In this document: in pieces, positions 28,075 to 36,563 of the stretch | Layout of the letters: every line of letters begins with the position of its first letter | Position numbering within the stretch: position 1 is the first letter of the stretch | From: Candidatus Sericytochromatia bacterium | GTDB taxonomy: Bacteria > Cyanobacteriota > Sericytochromatia > S15B-MN24 > JAQBPE01 | Length of the DNA stretch: 64,000 nucleotides | Reading direction: 5' to 3' | Assembly (NCBI GenBank): GCA_035285125.1 | Contig: JAYKHR010000045.1 | Span: forward strand, 64,001-128,000 | Position numbers and translations under genes: made by a program | The notes under the pieces: model-generated | The model's input: the letters and a program-made list of their open reading frames with translations, nothing else | Told to the model about the DNA's origin: nothing | Databases searched by the model: none

Positions 28075-28620
28075 ATGCCGGAAGGCAACCCCTATAAAGT
28101 GCAGCCCGCCACGCGGGTGAACCCCGTGCTACGCCCGACGCAGCGCGCGGCCGCCCCTGCAGCCCAACAGCGCGAAGCCACCGGCGGCACGGGCCTCGGG
28201 CAGGACACCTACACCGCCCAGAACCCCTATGCCTACAACGGGCGCTACCCCGGCTACGGGTACCAGCAGCCCGGCTACGGCTACCCGACCTACCCTCAGC
28301 AGCCGACCTATCCCACCTACCCGACCTATCCGCCGCAGCCGACCTACCCGACCTACCCACAGCCCGGCTACGGCTACGGCTACCCGCAGCAGCCGACGTA
28401 CCCCACCTACCCCACCTATCCGCAGCAGCCTACCTATCCGCAGCCTGGCTACGGCTACGGCTATCCGCAGCAGCCGACGTACCCCACCTACCCGAGCTAC
28501 CCGCAGCCCGGTTACGGCTACCCTGGCTATCCCGGGTACGGCTACCCGCCCGGGGCCGAGCTCGGCTACGCCATCGGCAACCTCGTGGACAGCTTCCAGC
28601 AGCTGTTCGGCCGCAGGTGA
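28075..28620 (+). CDS. Tyr/Pro/Gln/Gly low-complexity repeat protein
   Basis: GAGAGG SD; tandem GYGYPQQPTYPTYP(T/S)YP units; short amphipathic C-terminus. Confidence 0.8.
   Translation: MPEGNPYKVQPATRVNPVLRPTQRAAAPAAQQREATGGTGLGQDTYTAQNPYAYNGRYPGYGYQQPGYGYPTYPQQPTYPTYPTYPPQPTYPTYPQPGYGYGYPQQPTYPTYPTYPQQPTYPQPGYGYGYPQQPTYPTYPSYPQPGYGYPGYPGYGYPPGAELGYAIGNLVDSFQQLFGRR
28250..28550 (+). repeat. imperfect tandem coding repeats (PTY / PQQ / PGYGY)
   Basis: Repeated ccgacctac/ccgacctat, cagcagccg and ggctacggctac units with synonymous variation. Confidence 0.85.
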
Positions 28621-28724
28621 ACGCGGGACCAGTTCATACGTATTTATACTCGCGTTAACCTTTATTTTATGATACGCTGAAGGCGTGGCCTCGTTCTCAG
28701 GACAGGCCGCGCCTGAGGTGTCTC

Positions 28725-29402
28725 ATGCCCGCCCCGTCGGCGCGTCTTTTCCCATTGTCCATCGGCCTGTGCCTGCTGGTCGCAGGCTGTGGCCCCAACC
28801 GCCCGGGCGTCGTGCCGTCCGCCGCGCCGCGCGCGGGGGTGCTGGCGACGCGGGCGAGCGGGCCCGGGGCGATCACCGGGTCCCTCACGGCCTGCGCGGT
28901 TCTCGCCACCGCCCACGTGCTCGCCCGTCGCGCCGAGCCTCACGCGGCCTTCACCGCGCTGGTGGGCACCCGGATCGGCGTGGACGGGCTGCCGGCGGCC
29001 CAGGGCGAGTGGCAGGTCCACTACGTGGGCACGGAGCCGGCAGCCCAGGCCCTCGGCCGGAAGCCGGGCGTCCCGGGCCTGCCGACGTACCGCCATGTCG
29101 CCGTCACCGCGACGGCAGGGGGCGACGTGCGCGTCGAAGTTACGGAGCAGCCGGGCATGCCCCTCGGGCAGGCCTTCTTCGACGCCCCGATGCCCCGCAT
29201 CGACAGCCAGGCGGCGATCGCCCATGCCCGCATGATGCGCCCCACGCAGCCGGCGGCCGGAGAGTTCCAGCTGACGCTTGGAGGGTCGATGAGCCCGGCC
29301 CATTTCCAGGAGCTGGTCTGGAAGGTGCAGGCGCCCATCCAGTCAGGGCTCGCCCGCCCCGTGGTCTTCAACGCCACCACCGGACTCCCCGTCGACCGCT
29401 GA
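28725..29402 (+). CDS. hypothetical lipoprotein
   Basis: Lipobox LLVAGC; GAGGTG SD; C-terminus VFNATTG reminiscent of PepSY-like domains. Confidence 0.7.
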   Translation: MPAPSARLFPLSIGLCLLVAGCGPNRPGVVPSAAPRAGVLATRASGPGAITGSLTACAVLATAHVLARRAEPHAAFTALVGTRIGVDGLPAAQGEWQVHYVGTEPAAQALGRKPGVPGLPTYRHVAVTATAGGDVRVEVTEQPGMPLGQAFFDAPMPRIDSQAAIAHARMMRPTQPAAGEFQLTLGGSMSPAHFQELVWKVQAPIQSGLARPVVFNATTGLPVDR

Positions 29403-29452
29403 CGGGCAACCGGGGGGCCGCGCCGAGAAGGGCGCCGCGCTGACCGAGCCCC

Positions 29453-30589
29453 TCAGCGGGACACGGGGCGGTCGAGCGTCCACGTCAGGTACCGCAAGAC
29501 GTCCGTCTGGCTGAGCAACCCGACGAGCCGGCCGCCCGCCTCGACGGGGAGCCGCCCCTCGGCCCCGTCCAGCAAGAGCGGCAACACCTCCCCGACCCCC
29601 ATCTGCGGCGTCACCACGGGCAGGTCCGCCCGCGCGACCATGGCCTGGCCGACCGTCACGTCTGCCCAGCGCCCCCGGGGCACGGCCCGCACGTGCTCAC
29701 GCCCGATGAGGCCCACCAAACGGCCCTCTGCCACCACGGGGTAGGTGTGGAAGGGGCGTGGCAGGAAGTGGTGCTCCACCGCCTCTTGCAGCGTGAGGTC
29801 GGGCGTCAGCGTCGCGGGGGCGCGGGCCATGAGCCCTGCCACCGGCACGTGGTCCAGCGCGCGGCTGACGACCAGCTGGACGTAGGCCCCCTGCGCCGCC
29901 TGCCCGATCAGCCAGCCGAGCGCCATCAGCCAGATCCCCCCCACCCAGCCGCCCGTCGCCAGTTCCACCAGCCCGACGGCGACGAGGGCCCAGCCGAAGC
30001 CCCGCCCCACGCGGGAGGCCCAGCGCGTGGCCCTCACCATGTCGCCGCTGAGCGCCCACAGGACGGCCCGCAGCACGCGCCCACCGTCCATCGGGAACCC
30101 CGGCATCAAGTTGAAGAACGCCACGCCCGAGTTCACCAGCGCCAGCCAGCCCAGCCCCGCAGCCAGGAGCGCGGGGCCGTCGAGCGCCCGCACGGCGACC
30201 GCGAGCCCGAAGCAGCCGGCCGCCAGGGCCAGGCTCGTGAGCGGGCCCACGATCGCCACCGCGAGCTCGATGCCCGGCGTGCGCATCTCCACCCGGGACT
30301 CCGACACGCCGCCGAAGAGGAACAGCCGAATGCGCGCCACCGGCATGCCGAAGTGCTCGCTCATGCGGGCATGGGCCAGCTCGTGTAGCACGAGGCCGAC
30401 GAAGAACAGGAGCGTCAGGGCCAGGCCCACCCCGAGGGCCGCCGGACGTGAGAGGCCAGGCTCCCACCCCGGCACGACCTGGGTGCCGAGGCTGAGGGCC
30501 ACGACGGCCACGATCAGCAGCCAGCTCGGGCTGATGGTGACGGGGATGCCCGCCACGCGCCCCAGGCGCCACCCGTCAGCTTCACCCAT
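29453..30589 (-). CDS. site-2 protease (M50) with tandem CBS domains
   Basis: LHELAH, LFLFGGV, FNLMPGFPMDGGR, two CBS domains. Confidence 0.93.
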   Translation of the reverse strand: MGEADGWRLGRVAGIPVTISPSWLLIVAVVALSLGTQVVPGWEPGLSRPAALGVGLALTLLFFVGLVLHELAHARMSEHFGMPVARIRLFLFGGVSESRVEMRTPGIELAVAIVGPLTSLALAAGCFGLAVAVRALDGPALLAAGLGWLALVNSGVAFFNLMPGFPMDGGRVLRAVLWALSGDMVRATRWASRVGRGFGWALVAVGLVELATGGWVGGIWLMALGWLIGQAAQGAYVQLVVSRALDHVPVAGLMARAPATLTPDLTLQEAVEHHFLPRPFHTYPVVAEGRLVGLIGREHVRAVPRGRWADVTVGQAMVARADLPVVTPQMGVGEVLPLLLDGAEGRLPVEAGGRLVGLLSQTDVLRYLTWTLDRPVSR

Positions 30590-30667
30590 CCGTCCGCCCT
30601 CCCCCAGCGCATGGTGGCGGGAGGACCGGCCTCAGGCAACGCCCGGCAGGGCGTCAGGTGAACGCCA

Positions 30668-31225
30668 TCAGATGGGGCGGAGGTCCAGCGTGACGTCGGG
30701 GGCGTGGGTGGGCTCGTGGCTGCGGGCTGGCGCTCCGAGCCAGCGGGAGACCAGCCCGCGCAGGCCCACGGCCGCAGACCGCGAGGGGGACAGCGCCGCC
30801 AGCTGGGATTGCAGGGCCGCGCGCTCGGTGCGGAGGCTCGACACCTCCTGCTCCAGCCGGGCCAGCCGACGGGCGGCCTCGGCGTGCTCATGCTGCAGCG
30901 CGTTCCACAGCGGCCGCACCACGGACATGACCTCCGTCACGCGCTCGTTGGAGAGCTCGACGCGCGGTGCCTGGTCGAGCCGCTGCGGGTGCTGGGGCAC
31001 CAGCGGCTCGATGAAGCGCCGGATGGAGGCATACGAGGCCTCCTCGTCGCGCATCGTCTTGACGGCCTCCAGGATGCCGAGGACGTCGGCGGGAAAGTAC
31101 CGCGTGCCGTCCGCCTCGACCCACGAGGGCACCGGCAGACGCACGGCCCAGTTCTTGACCTGGGACGGCTTGACCCCCAGGCACTGGGCCACCTGATCAC
31201 AAGACAGGATCGTGTTGTCGGACAT
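30668..31225 (-). CDS. MerR-like HTH protein with coiled coil
   Basis: VAQCLGVKPSQVKNW...GTRYF N-terminus, heptad coiled coil; GGAGGAG SD. Confidence 0.7.
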   Translation of the reverse strand: MSDNTILSCDQVAQCLGVKPSQVKNWAVRLPVPSWVEADGTRYFPADVLGILEAVKTMRDEEASYASIRRFIEPLVPQHPQRLDQAPRVELSNERVTEVMSVVRPLWNALQHEHAEAARRLARLEQEVSSLRTERAALQSQLAALSPSRSAAVGLRGLVSRWLGAPARSHEPTHAPDVTLDLRPI

Positions 31226-31344
31226 CGGCTCCTCCCGGGCGGCTGCGGGCCCTGCGGCTTGCAACCTCCAACATAACATACCGCAGCCCGTCACATTTGT
31301 GTCGGATGCACCATCGCACCCGGCAGGCGGTCGCTCCTCTGCCC

Positions 31345-33048
31345 CTAGAGGCCGGGGTCCTCGGGGGGCACGTACAGCTGGAGCGTGAAGTCCTGCCCTG
31401 TCAGGAAGGCCTGTCCGACGCGCGCCCCGACGTTGAAGGTGGGCGTCCAGATGGCTTCGTCGCCCGGTGGCCGCCGGGTGGCCTCCAGGCGGCCGCGCAG
31501 CTGAGCCGCCCACCACGCGAAGCGGGCCGCCGAGGACGTGCCGCGCCCGGGGGGCATGTAGGTGCCGACGAAGGCGTCCACCAGGGCAAAGCCAGGCCGC
31601 GTGCGCTGCCACCAGTCGAGGCCGTCGCCGGGGAATCGCTCTAAAAAGGCCTCCAGGGACCCTCCCGGCAGCTGGTCGGCCCGGGGCAGCCGCCGCCGGA
31701 CCTCGGGATCGACGGAGACAAAGGCGAGGTCCGTCGTCAGCAGCAGCTTGCTGCCGCCGTCCGGCATCGGGGCGAGCAACACGCGGGCGAGCCCATCCGG
31801 CGTTCGGTGTCCCCAGACCCCCGCCTGCCCGCGCCTGAGCTTGACCTGCAGCCGCATCGAGACCTGCGGGGCCTGCCTGTCGACCCGACGGGCCACCTCC
31901 GCATTCGAGCGGGTGACGGCACGCTGGCCGGCCGCCTTGGGAGCCGGAGAGGCCTTGCCCGTGGACAGCCAAGCCCCCGCGATCCACGACGCCGCGCGTG
32001 CCCCGAGGCCTGGCGGCGGCGAGGTGGGCCGGGGGCGCGGCCTCGGCAGGACGGTGCGCTCGACGGCCTGCGCGGCGGCTCCTCCCGGGTCGCCGGCGTG
32101 GGCACCTGCCGCCGGCCTGGCGTGGCCGCCCGGATGAGCGGCAGCGCCAGCGCGGCCGTGCGGCGTCGCCTCAGGCGCAGCCCCGCCGGGTGCGGGCGCC
32201 TGACCGTGGCCCACGGCCTCGGGCGCAGCCCCCCGGGGAGCGGGCGCCTCACCGTGGCCCGCGGCCTCGGGCGCGGGTGCGGCCGTGGCGCCCCCCTTGC
32301 CGGACCTTGCCGCGTGGGCGACGGCTGGGCGCTTCGCCTCCCCGTGGATTCCGGCCGTCGCCGCGGCGGCATGGGGCGAGGCCCCCTCCGGGCCTGCGGC
32401 CTTTTGATGCGGCTCCTTGCCGGGTGGTGCCTCCTCCCACCAGGACCGAAGGCGGGCCCCCAAGGCCTCGAACCAGGAGGGCCCCTGCGCCTTGGCCGGG
32501 CCTTTCTGCTTGAGCCCGAGCAGGTCGTGGGTGGGAGGCTGGGCCTCGTCACGGGCCACGAGCGACGGCGTGGCCGCCGGCTTGGCCTGCCCATGGCCAG
32601 AGGCCGGCTTGCCGTGGCCGTGGGCCTTCGCGTGGCCGGCGGCCTTGGCAGGGCCGTGGCGCTCTCCGTGCTCGGCCGCCTCGCCGTGGCCGTGGCCGGG
32701 GGCCTTGGCCTGCCCGTCGCCAGAGGCCGGCTCGCCGTGGCGGTGCCCCTCCCCGTGGCCGGCCGCCACCTCGTCGTGCACCTCCGCGGCCTCGTGCCGG
32801 CCCGGCACGGGGATGGTCCCATCCATCACGAGGCTGCCGACGAGCAGCATCGGCAGGGGCAACACCGCCCCGAGGAGGGCAAGGATGGCCCGACGGCCGG
32901 ACGACCCCTCGGGCCGCCACCGGCGCCCGAGGCGGCCGCGCACCACCTGCAGGCCGACCCCTCGGTGCTTGGCGCGCCGTCGCACGCCAGAGCGCGCAGC
33001 GGGGGTGCCTTCGGGGGAGGCGCCGTCGGTTGCGGTTTCCTCGGTCAT
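31345..33048 (-). CDS. membrane-anchored His/Gly/Ala-rich hypothetical protein
   Basis: One hydrophobic segment (AILALLGAVLPLPMLLVGSLVM), GHG-rich tract, APEAxGHG repeats, globular C-terminal domain. Confidence 0.65.
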   Translation of the reverse strand: MTEETATDGASPEGTPAARSGVRRRAKHRGVGLQVVRGRLGRRWRPEGSSGRRAILALLGAVLPLPMLLVGSLVMDGTIPVPGRHEAAEVHDEVAAGHGEGHRHGEPASGDGQAKAPGHGHGEAAEHGERHGPAKAAGHAKAHGHGKPASGHGQAKPAATPSLVARDEAQPPTHDLLGLKQKGPAKAQGPSWFEALGARLRSWWEEAPPGKEPHQKAAGPEGASPHAAAATAGIHGEAKRPAVAHAARSGKGGATAAPAPEAAGHGEAPAPRGAAPEAVGHGQAPAPGGAAPEATPHGRAGAAAHPGGHARPAAGAHAGDPGGAAAQAVERTVLPRPRPRPTSPPPGLGARAASWIAGAWLSTGKASPAPKAAGQRAVTRSNAEVARRVDRQAPQVSMRLQVKLRRGQAGVWGHRTPDGLARVLLAPMPDGGSKLLLTTDLAFVSVDPEVRRRLPRADQLPGGSLEAFLERFPGDGLDWWQRTRPGFALVDAFVGTYMPPGRGTSSAARFAWWAAQLRGRLEATRRPPGDEAIWTPTFNVGARVGQAFLTGQDFTLQLYVPPEDPGL

Positions 33049-33135
33049 GGGGGCGTGGGGCGTTCCATCGGGCTCGGGCGGTCCACCCCCGCGGGGCGGG
33101 CAGGCTCTTCATACCCTCGGGGTGGCCGAACACTT

Positions 33136-33163
33136 CTTCCTTATAATATTTATTATCTTTACA
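33136..33163 (+). other. dif/Xer-like 11-6-11 site (tentative)
   Basis: CTTCCTTATAA-TATTTA-TTATCTTTACA. Confidence 0.4.
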
Positions 33164-33255
33164 ACTGCAATGTGACCGGGAAACGAGGGGGTGCCGTCCC
33201 CCCCGTGCTAGAATGACCCACCGGCCCCGCCACCACCACGCAGAAGGGACGCGCC

Positions 33256-34320
33256 ATGACCCTCACCCGGGACACCATCCTGGCCTGGCCGAAGGCCGAC
33301 CTGCACTGCCACCTGGACGGCTCGCTCAGGCTCTCCACGCTGCTCGACCTCGCGCGGAAGCAGGGCAAGGTCGGCGAGCTGCCCACCGACGATCCCGCCG
33401 AGCTCCAGCGCATCCTGGAAGCCATCGACTCCTCGAGTTCCCTGGCCGACTTCCTGGTCTGGTTCAAGTACACGATCATGGTGATGCAGGACGCCGAGAG
33501 CCTGCACCGGATTGCCTACGAGCTGGTCGAGGACGCCGCGAGGGAGAACGTCATCTACCTCGAGGTGCGCTACTCGCCGATCGAGCACCGCCGGGAGGGC
33601 CTCAGCCTGACCGAGGTGAACGACGCCGTGCTGGCGGGCCTACGCGACGCCGAACGGGACACGGGCACCAAGGCCCGGGTGATCATCTGCGGCCTGCGCG
33701 ACCGCTTCGAGTCGGAGTCCTTCCGCCTCGCGGAGTTGGCCGTGGCGTATAAAAACAAGGGCGTGGTCGCCTTCGATCTGGCGGGCGGCGAGGCAGGCAA
33801 CCCGGCCAAGCTCCACGTTCATGCCTTCGCTCATGCGAGGGACAAAAACCTGAATATCACGGTGCATGCCGGCGAAGCTTGGGGCCCTGCGAGCATCCAC
33901 CAAGCAATCAACGACTGCGGCGCGCATCGCATCGGGCATGGTGTCACGCTGCGTGAGGACCTGGATCTCCTGCAGTACGTGATCGACCACCGCATCCCTC
34001 TGGAGCTCTGCCCCACAAGCAACGTGCAAACACGCGTGGTGCCAAGCCTGGCTGAACACCCCATCAGGGACTACATTGACCAGCAGGTCCGCGTCACCGT
34101 CAACACCGACAACAGGCTGTTCTCTCGCACCTCCGTCACGGACGAGCTGTGGCGCTGCCACACGGCCCTCGACCTCGATGAGCGCACGCTGAAGTGGATC
34201 GTGCTGAACGGCTTCAAGAGCGCCTTCCTGCCCTACGAGGAGCGCCAGGCCCTGCTCCGGCACGTGCTCCCGATCCTCGACATGAGCCGCTACACCCTCG
34301 AGCCCCCCGCTTCTCGCTGA
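33256..34320 (+). CDS. add: adenosine deaminase
   Basis: PKADLHCHLDGS, FDLAG.E, TVHAGE, RIGHG, ELCPTSN, NTDN. Confidence 0.95.
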   Translation: MTLTRDTILAWPKADLHCHLDGSLRLSTLLDLARKQGKVGELPTDDPAELQRILEAIDSSSSLADFLVWFKYTIMVMQDAESLHRIAYELVEDAARENVIYLEVRYSPIEHRREGLSLTEVNDAVLAGLRDAERDTGTKARVIICGLRDRFESESFRLAELAVAYKNKGVVAFDLAGGEAGNPAKLHVHAFAHARDKNLNITVHAGEAWGPASIHQAINDCGAHRIGHGVTLREDLDLLQYVIDHRIPLELCPTSNVQTRVVPSLAEHPIRDYIDQQVRVTVNTDNRLFSRTSVTDELWRCHTALDLDERTLKWIVLNGFKSAFLPYEERQALLRHVLPILDMSRYTLEPPASR

Positions 34321-34327
34321 GCCCCCC

Positions 34328-34951
34328 ATGGTTCTCGAACTGACGTCAGTCTTCGTCGGCTTCGTCGCGGCCTGCATGGGCGCGACCCTGATGCGGCGGC
34401 GCTTGTCGGCTCAGCGGCGGGACCTGGAGTCATCACGCAACGTACAAACTGAGCGAATCCTGGCCCTGCTGGCTTCCCAGCAACCCGGGGTCTGGGACGT
34501 GGAGGAGCTTCGGGACCTGGTGACCCGCACGGCGTCGTCGTTCTGGAGCGCCCCGACGCGAGAGGCGCTGGAGGGCCTGCAGGCCTGGGTGCAGCCAGAG
34601 ATGCTGAGCGGGCAGGCTGCACGGTGGCCGGCAGAGGCGGTGCGGCGCGAGGCCGTCGTCACCCTGGCCCGCCCCCCGGTCTTCGTGCACGTCACGGAAG
34701 GCGGGCCGGGCGCCGATCGTGTGGTCGTTCGCTTCGAGGCCCACATCTCCCAGGACTTCTTCCGTGCCGATGGGGTCTGTATCCGCACGGAGCGGCACCC
34801 TGCCGGGGTCTCGTATCACCTGTGGCACCACGAAGACGGGCAAGGTTGGCGGTTGGAGGGCATCAGCGAGCGCTTCCCCGGGCACGAACCCAGCCCCTCC
34901 TCCACCACCGCAGGGATCCGCCCGCTGCACGGCTCGCGCCAGGCCCGGTGA
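34328..34951 (+). CDS. membrane-anchored hypothetical protein, possibly Tim44/NTF2-like
   Basis: N-terminal TM; DRVVVRFEA...GWRLEGI pattern; 7 nt after add. Confidence 0.6.
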   Translation: MVLELTSVFVGFVAACMGATLMRRRLSAQRRDLESSRNVQTERILALLASQQPGVWDVEELRDLVTRTASSFWSAPTREALEGLQAWVQPEMLSGQAARWPAEAVRREAVVTLARPPVFVHVTEGGPGADRVVVRFEAHISQDFFRADGVCIRTERHPAGVSYHLWHHEDGQGWRLEGISERFPGHEPSPSSTTAGIRPLHGSRQAR

Positions 34952-35111
34952 AGGGAATGACCTGGCGCGACCAGGAAGGCCCTCAACGGCAGCCACGCGT
35001 TATCTTGTCTCCTGACGTACCCCCGGGGGCTTTCGGTCGTGTTATCCGGAACCCATTGACCTTGAAACGCCGGAAACCCGCACCAGAGCGAAGCAGCCTC
35101 ACAGCGGGGCT

Positions 35112-35139
35112 GATTCGGATAATCAACATTATCTGAACC
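35112..35139 (+). other. dif/Xer-like 11-6-11 site
   Basis: GATTCGGATAA-TCAACA-TTATCTGAACC; 8/11 and 7/11 identity to the E. coli dif arms GGTGCGCATAA and TTATGTTAAAT. Confidence 0.5.
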
Positions 35140-35275
35140 AGCGCGATACCCCCCGTCCAGCCTGCTTGAGGCGGCAGCGTCCCAGGCCGTCGGCCTGGGA
35201 CGGCCTTGCGAGAGCGCGGCGCCCGACGTCAGTCAGCCGCCCGACCTGCTGGTCCGAAGGGAGCCCGCTCGAGGA

Positions 35276-36469
35276 TCAGGCCAGGGCCTGGCCGTTGTCG
35301 ACGTCATCCACGCCGGCGATGAGGGGGGCGCGGCCCGTCACGTACAGCTTGATCGTGCCCTCGGGGTGCTGGATCGTCAGGCTGCCGTCGGCCCCCTGGG
35401 TGATGGAGCCGGCCTTGCCGTCCGGATCGCGCAGCGTGAGGCTGCCCGGCCTGGAATCGAGCACCTTCAGGTTGCCCGAGAAGACGCTCTTCTTGGCCCT
35501 GCCGTCACTGCCGATCTCGTTCAGGGCGATCTTCATTCTGCCATCCGGCTGCGCCTCGGCCCGCAGGCCATAGGTGCGGCGCACGAGGCCGAACAACGCA
35601 GAGCCCTTGGCGATGAGGTCCAGCACCTGGGGGCTGGACTCCCGGATCGCCGCGGTGCCCGAGACGTCGAAGCCCTTCACCGAGGTGCCGGGGGCCAGCC
35701 TCAGGCGCGTGCCGGCAGGCAAGCCCGAGAGCTGCAACAGCCCGGGCCGAGCGGTCGTCGGCTGGGAGGGAGCCGGGATGACGGGCGGCGGGGTCGGCGA
35801 GGGCGGGGTGGGCGCAGGCGTCGTCTGGGCCGGCGGGATGACGGGCGGAGGCGCCGGCAGCGGCGGCGCAACGGGCGGAGGCGCCGGCAGCGGCGGCGCG
35901 ACGGGCAGAGGCGCCTGAGGCAGCGGCGCTGGGGGCACGCTCATCGGGAACGCAGGCGTCGTGGGCTGCATGCCCCAGCCCGGGGTGGGCCCGGCGGGCT
36001 GCGTGCCCCAGCCCGGAGCCGGCTGAGGCCGCATCGCCAGGATGGCGTCGAGTTGCTGCTGGAGCCGGGCGACTTCCGCCATCAGGGCCTGGATCTCGGC
36101 CACCTGCGCGGGCGTCGGCCCCGGAGCCACGGGCGGCGTCTGGCCCCAGGGCGAGGGCTGCTGCGGCACGCTCGGGTAAGACGGCGTCTGGCCCCACGGC
36201 GAGGTCGGCTGCTGCGGCACGCTCGGGTAAGGCGGCGTCTGGCCCCACGGCGAGGGCTGCTGCGGCACGCCCGGGTAAGGCGGCGTCTGGCCCCACGGCG
36301 AGGGCTGCTGAGGCACGAAGGGCGGCGTCGCGTAAGGCGGCACCCCACCGAAGCTCGCGCCGTCCTGGCCCCAGGCCGCGGCGGCCGGCTGAGCCGGCGG
36401 GGCGACGGGCGCCGCCACCGGAGGCCGGCCGGGGAGCTGCTGGATGGAACCGACGCGGTGGATGCCCAT
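35276..36469 (-). CDS. Pro/Gln-rich repeat protein with beta-rich C-terminal domain
   Basis: GGAGG SD; four PQQP(T)SPWGQTP repeats, coiled stretch, poly-Pro linker, globular C-terminus. Confidence 0.78.
   Translation of the reverse strand: MGIHRVGSIQQLPGRPPVAAPVAPPAQPAAAAWGQDGASFGGVPPYATPPFVPQQPSPWGQTPPYPGVPQQPSPWGQTPPYPSVPQQPTSPWGQTPSYPSVPQQPSPWGQTPPVAPGPTPAQVAEIQALMAEVARLQQQLDAILAMRPQPAPGWGTQPAGPTPGWGMQPTTPAFPMSVPPAPLPQAPLPVAPPLPAPPPVAPPLPAPPPVIPPAQTTPAPTPPSPTPPPVIPAPSQPTTARPGLLQLSGLPAGTRLRLAPGTSVKGFDVSGTAAIRESSPQVLDLIAKGSALFGLVRRTYGLRAEAQPDGRMKIALNEIGSDGRAKKSVFSGNLKVLDSRPGSLTLRDPDGKAGSITQGADGSLTIQHPEGTIKLYVTGRAPLIAGVDDVDNGQALA
36130..36318 (-). repeat. four tandem copies of a 48-51 bp coding repeat
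   Basis: Plus strand ggcgtctggcccca...gctgctgcggcacg repeated; encodes VPQQPSPWGQTPPYP. Confidence 0.85.
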
Positions 36470-36563
36470 GATTCTTCCTCCGAAGGCTGAACGCCTTGGA
36501 GTGCTTATCGGGCCCACGGCGCCCAAGGGTGCCCAAGGTGGGATTAAGCTCGATTAAAAACGC

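Noticed and set aside
28250..28550. Tandem repeats as a possible CRISPR array (also 36130-36318)
   Set aside because: In-frame coding repeats with synonymous variation, no unique spacers and no cas genes
35040..35105. SRP RNA (GAAGCAGCC segment)
   Set aside because: Lacks the CAGG-stem-GNRA-stem-AGCAG domain IV geometry
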